From: Balanoglossus misakiensis
Lineage: Eukaryota > Animalia > Hemichordata
Assembly (NCBI GenBank): GCA_040954595.2
Contig: CM082594.2
Span: forward strand, 10,234,296-10,298,295
DNA: 64,000 bases
Reading direction: 5' to 3'
Within the stretch, counting starts at the first letter, position 1; the number at the start of each line of letters is the position of its first letter. Shown here piece after piece: positions 45,018 to 60,000 of the stretch. The position numbers were made by a program, and so were the translations under genes. Under the pieces are notes generated by a model that saw only the letters and a list, made by a program, of their open reading frames with translations, was not told the origin of the DNA and made no database searches.

Positions 45018-48000
45018 ATGTGGCGAGGTGCTCTAGCAGCGGTGTTCGTTCTGCACCTGTGCGGTGCATCGGCGGGTAAGCAACATCTTGATTGTCATGG
45101 GCGAATTCGGGGTTAGAATGTTGACAGTATTGACTGTCGATAGAGTTGTGTGTGTTGCTGCGTCTATGCCTCTTGTCGGCTGAGTGGTGATGCGCCAATT
45201 TTGGTTTGGTGCTTCAATTTGACTGCCACACATGTAACCCACAACACCTGCATCATTACCCGTCTTGGACATCCATTTCTACTATCTCTGAGAAAAGACG
45301 GTCACATCACTCTCGTTGCAAAATCTGGGGCATTCCATTTCAATGGAACATGACCTCAAGGGAAGGTGACATTAATGATGAGTATTTGTATAAGTCAAAC
45401 AACGACTAAAAATGTTGGAACGTTTTTGATTCATCTGAATATTCTAAAGTCATTTTGTCATCAGTGACAACAAATGTGTGTTCGAAGTCTGATACAGGTG
45501 TATCATACTTACTGTTGTCAACGCCTTCTTTATCTGTTGAATAATACACACAGGTCAAGGTTAATTATACAGAAAAAAACGTACAACAAACAACAGCTTA
45601 ATATTAAGACTATTTGGTTGACGCAAATTGTGTCCCTGTACGAAAGAGTGTGTGGTGGGAAACTAATGAATCAAACAAGTGGTTAAAAATCGTCGGCCTC
45701 TACTTTGCATGCATGCGAGCGAGACTACACTGTCAGCTTTGAATCAAAACCTTCGCTTCCACGGATTGATGCCATCATATGTTCTTTAGAACGCTCAAAT
45801 ACGCCATTTCAGCCTTATGTGGGCCTATGTGAATTGGAGGTGACTGTATACCTTTAATTAAACATTAGCCAATACGCCTTTCAACTTATAATTGCTATTT
45901 AAAAAAAAAATAAGTTAGCTCAACTCCATACTATTTGATAGTGTGAGGATAACGTTATTCATAATTTAAAAGTCATTTTCGGTAAATAGGATCAAATTAC
46001 TCATCAACAAGAAGACATGTTGACATGGGATATTTTTTAAGAGGCAGCCCTTACAAAATGGGCGAGGCTGCTACTGTTTTTTGTTCTGATACACATTTTA
46101 TTGGTTGTGAGTTGAATGGAACGGTGACCTTGTTTCGCTGTTAGTTCATAAAGCACTGTTGAACATGCCCGTGCGCAATCGACCTTATCGGCCAACACGA
46201 ACAAAAAATGTTCTGTCGTCCTCACAAGTGTAAACGCCTCGCGCCAATTTTGCAAGTTTTTTGTACACTTTCTGATGTGTATAGTAAATTTTCTTGGCAC
46301 CGGGGCACGGGTACTAATCACTCAAGGGTTTAGTAACGTGAAATGTCTTCGTCGTCAGGTCAGGGATCAGAACTTTCTTTGGTGATCGCTGGAGTGTGAT
46401 AAAAATCGGAAAAGTATGTTAAAGGAATTCTTTCGTTTGCACAGGGTGTGGTGACAAGAGGGAAATTCCACTTGAAAGACGCATACTACAACTTTGTCAG
46501 AGCAACTGATGATAGATCACTCTTTTGACATTGTGTCTGACCTGCCAAATTAGCAAGCTGTCTTCTCGCCGTCTCATAGTTGTATATTCACCTATTGGGT
46601 GCTGCCCCAAATACTAAGTGTGTGCGTTTGACCCTTAAACACGTTTCAAGTGATTCTTAGAGAGAGGGAGGGGCTAACAGAGGAAAACACAGAGTGATAG
46701 ACCAAGAGACAGAGGTAAATATAGAGGGACAGACAGAGGTACAGATAGACAGATAGATAGACAGACAGACTGTGAGATGGGAAGATAGGAAGACATAGAC
46801 ACAGAGAATGGGAGATGACCATTGTAAATTGATGATGTTGTTTTAACGAGATGAGTTGGATCACAGTCCGGTGATTGGCTGGCCTTTTCGAAAGCCACCG
46901 ACCACAGAGAAGTCTGGGTGTGATCAAAGGAATTAGTAACTCGGCAGTGTTTTTTTAGTGTCCATGGAAACAGAGATTTGTGCTTATTGTTGCAAAGATG
47001 CCCCACTGAGTTGTTTAAATAGAATGGTGGGTCTGATTCGTCAATTTTATGTGCTCAAGGCAGTTAACAGTTATTGCCCCATGGTCCCTGGGCCCATTTT
47101 AGTGCCACTCAACTCAGTAAAGAGCAAACAACAGGTCACTTACAAGTAGGGCCTACTATAATATGATCAGCGCAGCAGAACTAAGCGAACACAATACGAT
47201 CCCTGTCCAACCTCGAGCTCAAACCCGGTAATTCTGGGTTGAGAGAAGCATTCTTAAGTAAAGCGCATTGCCTATTTCTTTTCTCTATCTTTCAGTGGCG
47301 CAAATGATCATTAATTTCAGGAGTTATGCTCGACGAAAGCGGAAAGAAGTTACTTTCGTTCAAGATGAGAAAAAAATCGCATCTCTTCAACAGTTTGATT
47401 TTGCATACCGTTACGGTATATTTACATATCGTATACGTACACTGCGTCTATTATTTGGTTTTCTATTTTTAATATCTATTTTATATGTTTAATTTTCTTT
47501 ACAGAAAACTGCACACTGCCGGGAAATCCGATCTTAGGCGACAATCCTGTTTTGAGTCCAGATAGGAACACTTTTCTCGAAAACGAGACGCTAACCTTCA
47601 GTTGTCCAGACAACCGGACTCTCTTGGGACCAGACGAAATCTTGTGCGCAGGTTCCGGAATATGGGATCCCCGTGTTTCGTCTCAATCAGGATGTTTGGG
47701 TACGTATGGAAATATTCCCAAGAAGTGCTATTTATTCGAATGTGTACTAAATCTTGCGAAAGGAACAGACTTTTATTTTCTAAATGTTAATACTCAACTA
47801 AAGCTCTGTAACTAACCGAAGCTGCCTTCAATATATTTTTTGTGAATTGTCACTGGATTATTGTTATACAAAAAAATGAACTTTGACGTTTTCGTTTCGT
47901 TTCGCATGGCTTTGCTTTGTGTGTGTTTCTTCTCTTGTGACTGTCCTGTCGTCTCCGAACCATCGTTTTAAATGCAAAACGTCGACCTTTGGTCGTTGCT

Positions 48001-51000
48001 TTGCTTGGTGTTTCACACATGCAAGGACATACATGTGTACTTCTAGAGTTCGATCACATGTCAACGAATCTCAAGGTAGAAAACCTTTTCACGCCATGAA
48101 TGCGAGCAAAGGACACCTATAGCGTTGGCTGGCAAAAGAATAGATGTATGAGAACGTAAGCTTATGCCCATACACATGTACACTATACGTCCAGAGAGAG
48201 AAAAATGTCAGAGAAAAAATAACTGTTTTTTGAACTACTATAGTATATACAGTAGAACCCTTGCATTGCCATGCGGATCCTGATGGAGATCACTTTCGAC
48301 CAATCAGGCACTTCCTTTACTATGCCCAATCACATTTCAGTTCGCCTTCTCAAATGTAGCAATTAGTGCTTGTTATTACGTTCGCCTTGTGTTGAATTTG
48401 TAACTTTTGGAAATTTCCCAGGCAGTTGGGTTCTAGCGGTTGAGTTATCAACATTGCTTGTCTACGGCAATATAAAACGTGCTTTTTGCATTGTACGTTT
48501 TCCCAGTCCGTGTCAGACATCATTGAAGCAACCTTGTTCATCTAAATACCGCAACAAAAAGGTATAACCGTTATGATTTCTCGATGAATTGATGTAGACT
48601 TGTTCATTTCACCGATCTAATTGTTATGTACATTGGATTGCGAGAACCTGATTATGTGAAATATATGTTTATTACCAATGAAATGTTATATATTTTTCAG
48701 ATTCGTGTCAAGACCCGGGCGATATTTCAAATGGCTATCAAATTACAACTGACGGCTATAAATCGTACAGTACATTGACATACGGCTGCGATGACGGGTT
48801 CAGTTTGTTTCCTGTCGATTTCTCCACCAATTGTTTTAATGGTGCATGGGACTACATAACAGTTACAGAGCTGCCCAACTGCTTTGGTAAGATTCTCTCT
48901 TATTTTTTTATTTGATAAACCAATAATTGCATATAATATTTTTAATAAACCCGTGATCGTCTACAGTTGAATTTGAACCTAGTATAGATAGGAATATATG
49001 CCCTATTCTCTCTCAAACCATACACATTAGTCAGCAATTTCTAATTATTGCTTCTAATAATGTGAACTACATGTAGCAAAATTCTCCTGAAGCCCTACTG
49101 TAATTTTTCATTTTCAAATGTACGGACCAGTTAAAGAGCCTAGCTCGTCTCACACGCATGTTCCAGCTGTAGCCGCTGGTTACAGATATGAACAGTCAAT
49201 CCCATAAGGCAGTGCTCTGTCCTAACGACAGAGAAGATGGCGGCGACCATAATCTGTGTCGGATATCGGAAAAGACACTAGCTTGGGTGAAAAGGAGGGA
49301 CAAAACCAGAATCTGAAATATGGAAGGAAGCGAAGGCAGTCCACTATTTGAATGCATCGAACGGAAAATTTTCTGGGAAGTTACGCGCATGCGCGTGAGA
49401 CGATCTATTGCCTTTAAATGTTGTGTATCTATCAGGGAAAATGATTAGGAAAATTGGAATTACAGAAACCAATAGTCATGTGACTTGCACTATCTGTTGA
49501 CGGCACTATTTTCCTTCTGCAATTTTTGTAGCGGACTGTGATGACCTCTCGGCTCCAATGCACGGCACACGAACACCGGAACCAAACAACAGTACTTACA
49601 CTCACGGCGAAATCGTGAGTTTCGAGTGCAACACCGACTACACAATAATTGGCAGTAACGATGTCACATGTAATGAGGGATCCTGGTCGACAAACTGGCC
49701 AACTTGTAAAGGTGGGTAATTAATAAGGATCGGTGTTTGCAAGAAAACAAGTTTGTTTTCAGTTCGTCGCGAGTTGGCAGCCATTTTGAATTTCACTTCT
49801 AAGTCGACAATTTGCAGGCTGTCATCATTCAAAATATTGCATCATGACCCTTGATTTTTATTCTTAATATTAAGAGAGTTCTTATGTTTCCTTGAGCAAA
49901 ATATGACAGAAAGTTTAAGACTTTGATGCCTTCGTGTTACGTTTCCAGCGCCATGTTCGGATCCCAGACCATTAGTTAACGGTACAGTGAACGGAACCAG
50001 CTACACTCATTTCAGTCGATTGACCTTCGAGTGTGACGATGGGTTTGCCCTGCAAGGACCTGACTTTGCTGTCTGCAATGATGGAGTGTGGGAAGAAGCA
50101 ATTCCGACATGTGAAGGTTTGTAGTTTTTCGAGTGAAGGGGAAAAATTACTCAGCTGTCTAGATATGATGTATGATCCATCGCGCAGATTATGTATACAT
50201 ACAAAGTGCTCGATACTATGAGTGAGTCCAGTGACTCAAGAAACAACGTTGTAGAGATTATACATTTATAAACAAACATTTTCTCATCGACAGATTTTGA
50301 TGAGTGTCAGAGTTCACCATGCGGCGATTTTGGTACATGTACCAACCTGTTCAATGATTTCTACTGCACATGTTCTGCTGGATATACTGGAGACCTTTGC
50401 GAACAAGGTAAGGTGACGTCACATTGACATTGTGACAATTCATAGTTGAGTTTTAACCCGATGCAAGGTAATAATAATTAGGCTCAAACAGTATAGCGTT
50501 CTAGTAATATTGTTTTATAAGCGTTCATTTTCGACTGATTTGGCTGGCTATTACCCACGATGTTGATGGCCGTTCGGTGCTATTTACATCAAAGCTCACA
50601 CACATTAACGTTTTGTTTTGATTTGTTGGTTTCAGATATTGACGAATGCGCTACCAATTCAAGTGCCTGCGAGCAAACCTGCGAAAATACGGAAGGGTGG
50701 TACGACTGTGGCTGTTACGATGGTTTTACATTGAATGCTGATATGTTATCATGTCTTGGTGAGTCTAATCAGCCCAGTGCAATAGATGGTGGTGGTGGTT
50801 ATCTGTGGCTTGTTGACTGGTAGATGATTGAACTTTTTAGCTAACCGAGAACGACTTCAAGACGAGTGTGGTTTCTGTATCTCGTCTTGAAGTCGTTCTT
50901 GGTTAGCCAAAGTTCCATCATCTACCAGGCCACAGTAACGCACACAGACAACAATACCTCAGACACATTTGGGCCACTCTTCATCATTCCGACTCGCACG

Positions 51001-54000
51001 CTCCAGGAACTCCACTGAACTCAGCAAACATATTTGGACTCTGAAGGACAACGGCATCACCCAACTATTTCATGGAAAATCCTAGCCAAAGCCAAGCCAT
51101 TGTATGTATCTATGTACTCGTATCTATGTACATGTGTTCGATCAATTGGTTGATTGATTGATTTCAGATGTTGCTGCCCCAAATATTTCTTGTCCTGACA
51201 ACATAGTGACCAGTACAGACGAAGCACAGAACACGGCCAATGCTAGCTGGGAATTACCTTATGCAAATGACAATTCTGGACAACAGCCAACACTGAACAG
51301 TACTCACATGCCTGGATCCCCGTTTCCTGTAGGGACAACCTCTGTGACGTACACGGCCTGGGACTCCACAGGAAACCAAGATTCTTGCACATTTACCGTC
51401 ATGGTTAAAGGTAAATACCAACTGTCCTGTTAGCCCCTGAAATCGATCTGACACTGCGTTTATTTAACCTGGTTTATTTTTTTTGGGGGGGGGGGGGGGT
51501 TGCGTTTGGAGATTCATGTATCTTTGAAGTGCCCGGTTATAGTGGCAGTTTGTTCAAGACAGTTTTGTCGTATCTTCCTCACTTCCAAATTTTCCTTAAA
51601 AGATAGAAACATTTTCTTTCAAAAGTTAAAATCAAAGTCATTTACTAATTTCGCTCTTCATTGTTATCCTCAGACAACGAACCACCTGAGTTTACAAACT
51701 GTCCCGACAATATTACTGCAACAACTGATCCTGGACTCAGTGTCGCCAATGTCTCCTGGACGGAACCTGATGTATCTGATAATTCAGGACAAATGCCAAC
51801 AACCACACAGACACATTCATCTGGATCAGATTTTTCCATGGGTAGTACATGGGTGACATATACTGCAGAGGACAATGATGGAAACGAGGCTGAATGCAGA
51901 TTTGTCGTGAATGTCGAAGGTATACTGTTAACTGTTTGGATAAACTTAGGATTGGCCTGAAGTTTTTATTCGTGCTTAAAATTGAGAGTACACGGGTGAC
52001 ATATAGTGCCTTGAAAAACGAGGATATCCAAGTCAATTGTATTTCACTTGTATTAATTTTCACTTTACAATTGCTCTTTTTCAGACGCCGAACCACCTGA
52101 ATTTACTTTCTGTCCCGACAACATTACTACAACAACTGATTTTGGACTAAATGTAGCCAATGTCTCCTGGACGGAACCTGGAGTGACTGACAATTCAGGA
52201 CAAATACCAACAGTTACACAAACATATTCCTCTGGAAGTCATTTTCCCATGGGAAGTACATGGGTGACATATACTGCAAGGGACAATGATGGAAACCAAG
52301 CTGAATGCAGATTTGTCGTAAATGTTGAAGGTAATTTTCACATTGTAAGATTAATAAAGTTGGATTTTAATGAAGTATCTAAAGTCAAATACGTTTATTA
52401 TTGAGAGTGTATGTGAAATATTGTGTCTTGAAAGAAGATGATATCAAAGCCAAAATAATGTCAATTGTGTTAATTATGTATTTGCAACTTTGTTTTGCAG
52501 ACATGGAACCACCTGAGTTTACAAACTGCCCTGATAACATTACTACCACAACTGATCCTGGACTGAGTGTCGCCAATGTCTCCTGGACGGAACCTGTTGT
52601 ATCTGATAATTCAGGACAAATGCCTAACATTTCCCAAACACATTCACCTGAAAGCCATTTTCCCATGGGTAGTACATGGGTGACGTATACTGCACAGGAC
52701 AACGATGGAAACGAAGCGGAGTGTACTTTTATGATATCTGTCGAAGGTAATGTCAATAATTACCAAACATTATTACACTGTATTCAGTGAAAGTGTGATG
52801 AGAGTAATTATTCTAACTTCATCACGCAACCCCTCTATGCTACCACTATGCTGTTTTACACCGGCTTCTAACATTTCAAGACATTTATTGATTGATATCT
52901 GAAACAAATTTAATAATGTTACAATGTTCAGTATGTTATTTTCTGTCGTCATTATTATCGTTTTGTAGACATGGAACCACCTGAATTTACAAACTGCCCA
53001 GACAACATTACTACAACAACTGATCCAGGTGTAGAGTGGGCAAATGTTTCCTGGACAGAACCAACTGCATCTGACAATTCTGGCCAATCGCCTACAGTTT
53101 TCCAAACACACTTACCTGGCTCTGGATTTTCGATGGCTAGTACCGGTACATGGGTGACTTATACTGCATGGGACGTCGATGGAAACCAAGCTGAATGCAG
53201 ATTTGTTGTTAACGTCCAAGGTAAATTTCAAAGTGTGAATGAAATTAAAATGTGCCTGAAGTATTTGAATCACATAGCAGTAATCACCAATGTTTCAAAC
53301 ACGTTCACATACAATAGTATACGGGTGACATATATTGACATCGAGAATGAGGAAAGCAAAGCCCAATGAATTTCACTTATATTAATATTTTGCAGACTAT
53401 GAACCACCTGAGTTTATGAACTGCCCGGACAACATAACTACAACAACTGATCCTGGACTAAGTGTTGCCAATGTCTCCTGGACGGAACCTGATGTATCTG
53501 ATAATTCAGGGCAAATGCCGACAGTTACACAAACATATTCACCTGGAAGTCATTTTACCATGGGTAGTACATGGGTGACATATACTGCATGGGACAATGA
53601 TGGAAACGAAGCTGAATGCAGATTCATAGTGAATGTCGAAGGTATACTGTGTGTTCACTGTTTGGATAAACTTAGAATTGGCCTGAAGTTTCTGAAGTTT
53701 TTATATGTTTTTAATATTGAGAGTACAGGAGTGACACAGTGCCTTGAAAAACGAGGATATCCAAGTCAATTGTATTTCACTTGTATTAATTTTCACTTTG
53801 CAATTGCTTTTTTTCAGATGTCGAACCACCTGAGTTTACAAACTGTCCCGACAATATTACTGCAACAACCGATCCTGGACTACATGTGGCCAATGTTTCC
53901 TGGACGGAACCTGATGTATCTGATAATTCAGGGCAAATGCCGACAGTTACACAAACATATTCACCTGGAAGTCATTTTACCATGGGTAGTACATGGGTGA

Positions 54001-57000
54001 CATATACTGCATGGGACAACGATGGAAACGAAGCTGAATGCAGATTTGTCGTGAATGTTGAAGGTAATTTTCACATTGTAAGATTAATAAAGTTGGAATT
54101 TGCCTGAAGTATCTAAAGTCAAATATGTTTATTATTGAGAGTGCATGTGTGAAATATTGTGTCTTGAAAGAAGATGATATCAAAGCCGAAATAATGTCAG
54201 TTGTATTAATTATGTATTTGCCACTTTATTTTGCAGACATGGAACCACCTGAGTTTACAAACTGTCCTGACAACATTACTGCAACAACTGATCCTGGACA
54301 AAGTGTTGCCAATGTCTCCTGGACGGAACCTGATGTATCTGATAATTCAGGACAAATGCCAACAGTTACACAGACACATTCACCTGAAAGTCATTTTAAC
54401 ATGGGAAGTACATGGGTGACATATACTGCAAGGGACAATGATGGAAATGAGGCTGAATGCAGATTTGTAGTTAATGTTGAAGGTATACTGTATGTTCACT
54501 GTTTAGATAAACTTAGAATTGGCTTGAAGTGTCTGAAGTTTTTATATGTTTTTAATATAGAGAGTACACGGGTGACGTATACCGGTAGTGCCTTGAAAAA
54601 CGAGGATATCCAAGTCAATTGTATTTCACTTGTATTAATCCTCACTTTACAATTGCTCTTTTTCAGACGTTGAATCCCCTGAATTTACAAACTGTCCCGA
54701 CAACATTACAGCAACAACTGATCCTGGACAAAGTGTCACCAATGTCTCCTGGACGGAACCTGGAGTGACTGATAATTCAGGACAAATGCCAACAGTTCAA
54801 CAGACACATTACCCTGAAAGTTATTTTCCCATGGGTAGTACATGGGTGACATATACTGCAACGGACAATGATGGAAACCAAGCTGAATGCAGATTTGTCG
54901 TGAATGTACAAGGTATGATTTATTCTCATAAGCCTTATTTACAGTGTGTTGTTCGTGAATCTCTAATGAAATACGCATGTCACTGATTCGTCTTATATCC
55001 AAAGTGATATCCTTACATGTTTAATTCCTATCTGCCCTTCAAGTGACAAGCTATTTTCATTGGGAGGGTTATTTTAGAATCTTCTGATAGTTTTTTCCTT
55101 TTGAAAAATACTCACTGAAAAAGTAATGAGTAAATTAATTTTATGACTCCTTACGTTTACATTGCAGATACCGAGCCACCTGAGTTTACAAACTGTCCCG
55201 ACAACATTACTACAACAACTGATCCTGGACAAAGTGTCACCAATGTTTCCTGGACAGAACCAACTGTAACAGACAATTCTGGACAAATACCTACAGTATC
55301 TAAGACACATCCTTCTGGATCAGATTTTAACATGGGAAGTACATGGGTGACATATACTGCAAGGGACAATAATGGAAACCAAGCTGAATGCAGATTTGTT
55401 GTTAACATCCAAGGTAAATTTCACCGAATGAACAAACTTAACATTTCCTTGTAGTTACTGAAAGTATGACTATATACAGTAACCACTTTCAACTGGAAGG
55501 TTGAATTTTGTGCCAGTTGAAGGAGCAAAAACTAAGCGTGTGAGACACATTGCAATGATAGCAAGACATTTTCAGCATCTGCATCTAACTTCATGTTCAC
55601 TCGATGAACAAATTAATGTCTGCTAACATATTCAGAAGTATGTTTATTCTCACTTTTATGATTATCCCTTCGCAGATTTGGAACCACCTGAGTTCACAAA
55701 CTGTCCTGACAACATTACTACAACAACTGATCCTGGACTAAATGTGGCCAATGTCTCCTGGACGGAACTAACTGCAACTGACAATTCAGGACAAATGCTA
55801 TACATTTTACAAACACATTACCCTGAAAGTCATTTTACCATGGGTAGTACGTGGGTGACATATACTGCATGGGACAATGATGGAAACAAAGCTGAATGCA
55901 GATTTGTCGTGAATGTCGAAGGTAATTTTCACAGTGTAAGATTAATAGAGTTGGAATTTGCTTGAAGTATCTAAAGTCAAATACGTTTATTATTGAGAGT
56001 GTATGTGTGAAATATTGTGTGAAGAAGATGATATCAAAGCCAAAATAATGTCATTTGTATTAATTATGTATTTGTAACTTTATTTTGCAGACATGGAACC
56101 ACCTGAGTTTACTTTCTGCCCCGACAACATAACTACAACAACTGATCCTGGACTAAATGTGGCCAATGTTTCCTGGACAGAGCCAACTGTAACTGACAAC
56201 TCTGGACAACCGCCTATAGTAACCCAGACTGACTATTCTGGATCCCATTTTCCGATGGGAAATACATGGGTGACATATACTGCAGAGGACGGTGCTGGGA
56301 ACCAAGCCGAATGCACATTTCTTGTAGTTGTTCAAGGTATAGCTTTTTAACTTAGCATCACCATTTAACGTATTATTATGTTTAGCATGGAGCAACGCTT
56401 ACAAGGATGAAGCATAAAAGTAACTCCAGATGTTCGTCAATAAGGGCAAGACTGATGCTGTAAATGTGGGTGATTTCCGCAGTGAGATCATAAGATATAA
56501 GGTTTTATGTCGGAATTAATTTTTATTCAAGAGATTATTTTCAACAACTGTTATTTTGCAGACCTAGAACCACCAGAGTTTGCAAACTGTCCGGAGAATA
56601 TTACTACGACAACTGATCCAGGTGTAGAATGGGCCAATGTTTCCTGGACGGAACCAACAGCGTCAGACAATTCTGGCCAAATGCCTTCAGTTTCCCAAAC
56701 ACACTCACCTGGTTTCCAGTTTCCACCGGGGAATATGCAGGTGACATATACCGCTGAGGATAGCGCTGGAAACCAAGCAGAATGCACCTTTTACGTGAAT
56801 GTCCAAGGTATTTTAAATGGCCTTGAAATTATCCTGCAGTGATTGAAAGTCGAAACGCACATGCATGTGTCGTAACTATCCAGTGTCAATTGTAGTCTTA
56901 CAAACAGGGGCACGAGTTGACACCTGATTTCACCAACGGCAATAGATATCTGACGATAAAGCTGTACTTCTTCATTTATTGTTTAATGAATATGATCACA

Positions 57001-60000
57001 CTGACGTTATTGCTGACAGACCATCCCCACTTAAACTTTGTCTTTTTTATTGCTATAACATGAAACGTTATAGTATTTTCTTGCTGGTTTTAAAATTTAA
57101 CGGTATTTCCCAATTTTGAAATATTTATATATGCCCTTTTGTAATTCACCATAATTTGTTTACTATTCCTTCGCTCAAATGTTACTGTTTTATAGATATG
57201 GAGCCACCCGTGTTTACAAACTGCCCTGATAACATTACTACTACAACTGATCCTGGACTGAGTGTCGCCAATGTCTCCTGGACGGAACCTGGTATATCTG
57301 ATAATTCAGGACAAATACCTACAGTTTCTAAGACACAATCTTCTGGATCCGATTTTTCCATGGGAAGTACATGGGTGACATATACTGCATGGGACAACGA
57401 TGGAAACGAGGCTGAATGTACCTTTGCTGTGATTGTTCAAGGTAATTTACCCGCCATTGGCATAGACGCTAAAAATGAATTAAATAATTTTACAGTGTTC
57501 AGGATTGGTATTTTCTATTGTCAACATTATCGTTTTGCAGACTTGGAACCACCTGAGTTTACAAACTGTCCAGACAACATTACTGAAACAACTGATCCTG
57601 GACTAAGTGTCGCCAATGTCTCCTGGACGGAACCTGATGTATCTGATAATTCAGGACAAATGCCAACAGTTACACAAACACATTCTCCTGAAAGTCATTT
57701 TAACATGGGAAGTACATGGGTGACATATACTGCAAGGGACAATGATGGAAACCAAGCTGAATGCAGATTTGTCGTGAATGTACAAGGTATGATTTAACGT
57801 CCACAATACAAAAGTACGATTATCATGACGATGATACATTTAGAATTGAAATTTCGCCTGAAAATGAGCGGATAGATAATTAGCTATTGATGTCACAAGT
57901 GTTTTACTGTGATTTTTGTCTTTCCTCAACTATTATATTGCAGACTTTGAACCACCTGTGTTTACATACTGTCCTGATAACATTACCATGCCAACCGATC
58001 TAGGACTACCTAGGGCTAATGTTTCCTGGACAGAACCAACTGTACTTGACAATTCTGGACAACCGCCTGCGATTGTTATGACACACTCGTCTGGTTCTTA
58101 TTTTGAGATGGGGAATACATTGGTGATGTATACTGCCACTGACAGTAATGGAAACCAGGATGAATGTGCATTTTATGTTATTATTCAAGGTACCGTGAAG
58201 TTGTATAATGTAGTATTTCATCTTGTCTTAATGAATTCAGACCCAAGACTATGTCTCCGGTGTATTCAACTTCATAACCGAGCAGAGTGTTTTCTATCAA
58301 TTAATTTTTGGCAGTCATACGATCAAATGAATGACAAATGATAACTATTTTGATGTCTGCTTTGGTAGAAAAGGTCACACTCTAAAAGTACAGGTACAAA
58401 CCGTGTGATAAAACGCATGCAGAAAAGTATTTTAATGGTTGAACTCTGTCCACATAGGTTGACGTCACCACTCTGTTTTGACAATTATTTTGCAGACATG
58501 GAACCACCCGTGTTTACAAACTGTCCCGGCAACATTAATGCAACAACTGATCTTGGACTAAGTGTTGCCAATGTCTCCTGGACGGAACCTGGTGTATCTG
58601 ATAATTCAGGACAATCGCCAACAACCACACAGACACATTCATCTGGTGACCGGTTTTCTGTGGGAAGTACAAGGGTGACGTATACTGCCGAGGATGTCGA
58701 TGGAAACCAAGCTGAATGTACATTTGTGATAACTGTCGAAGGTATATTCATTCGCTTACCATACGCTTTGTGTTAATTTTACAGTTATTAGACACGAGAT
58801 CTTACCGCCAACAAAATGTGGATTTCGTTTTCTGCAGATACGGAGTTACCATGGTTTACATACTGTCCCCATAACATTACTGTTTCCACGGATCAAGGGA
58901 TGCCGCACGCCAATGTTTCTTGGACGGAACCAATGGCATCAGACAATTCGGGAATACCACACGTTAGCACAACATACTCACCCTACTCTCATTTTACCAT
59001 TGGAATTACATGGGTGACATATACTGCAGAGGACGCGGATGGAAACCAAGCTGAATGTACATTTTTCGTGAGCGTTGAAGGTAAACTAGTTGATCTGTAT
59101 GGTTAGATGAGAGATATCTGTCATTTCGAAACTTGCATGTAATTCTGCCACTAGCCGATTTTTACTGCATATCATTTCTCAACAACTGTCACTGAAATTA
59201 GACTATCAAGTACCGGATTGAATACCTCAGATTTTACCCACGTGATGTGCCCCAACATATTGAATCGGTACGTTATATTATCATGCATTTAAAAAAATTC
59301 AGTGTGTAGTTGATCATACATGTCAGCATGTTATGAATATTTCAGTCTGTAATAATTAAATACTGTATAAACTTCCCTTCAGATAACGAACCGCCAGTGT
59401 TTTGGAACTGCCCCAATGACACTGTCATAGACGCTGATCCTGGACAAAATTCAGCGGTCTTTTCTTGGACTCCCCCAAGTGCGACAGATAATTCCGGAAT
59501 CGCCCCTAATGTGACCAATTCACACTCACCTGGTTTCGCCTTTCCTGTGGGAGTTACGTCGGTGATATATGAGGCGATGGACGACGCTGGTAATTCCGTG
59601 GGCTGCAGCTTTAGCGTTACCGTTGAAAGTAAGTCTGTGGTGGTGATTATGGTGCTTTTGATGATGGTGTTGATGACAACGATGATGATGACAATGATAT
59701 ATTTGTGTATTTATTGCCGAGGATCAAACCTTTTGCAAATGTCCTAAAATTCCTTTCGTGCACTTCGTTTCAGCAACACCGAGGACTACACGCGCTGTAA
59801 CCACTGCAGGTACAACAAAAGAGACAACTACCCTGAAAACGGACGCTGTAACAACCACTGCAGGTACTACAATACAGAAAACTACCCAGAAAACAGACAC
59901 TGCAACAACCACTGCAGGTACAACAATAGAAAAAACTACCCAGAAAACAGATGCTGCAACAACAACTGCAGGTACAACAAAAGAAGCAACTACTCAGGAA

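Noticed and set aside
51168-59628. Regularly spaced repeats with variable spacers, superficially CRISPR-like
   Set aside because: The repeats are ~246-nt protein-coding HYR exons with GT-AG introns in a eukaryotic gene, and there are no cas genes.
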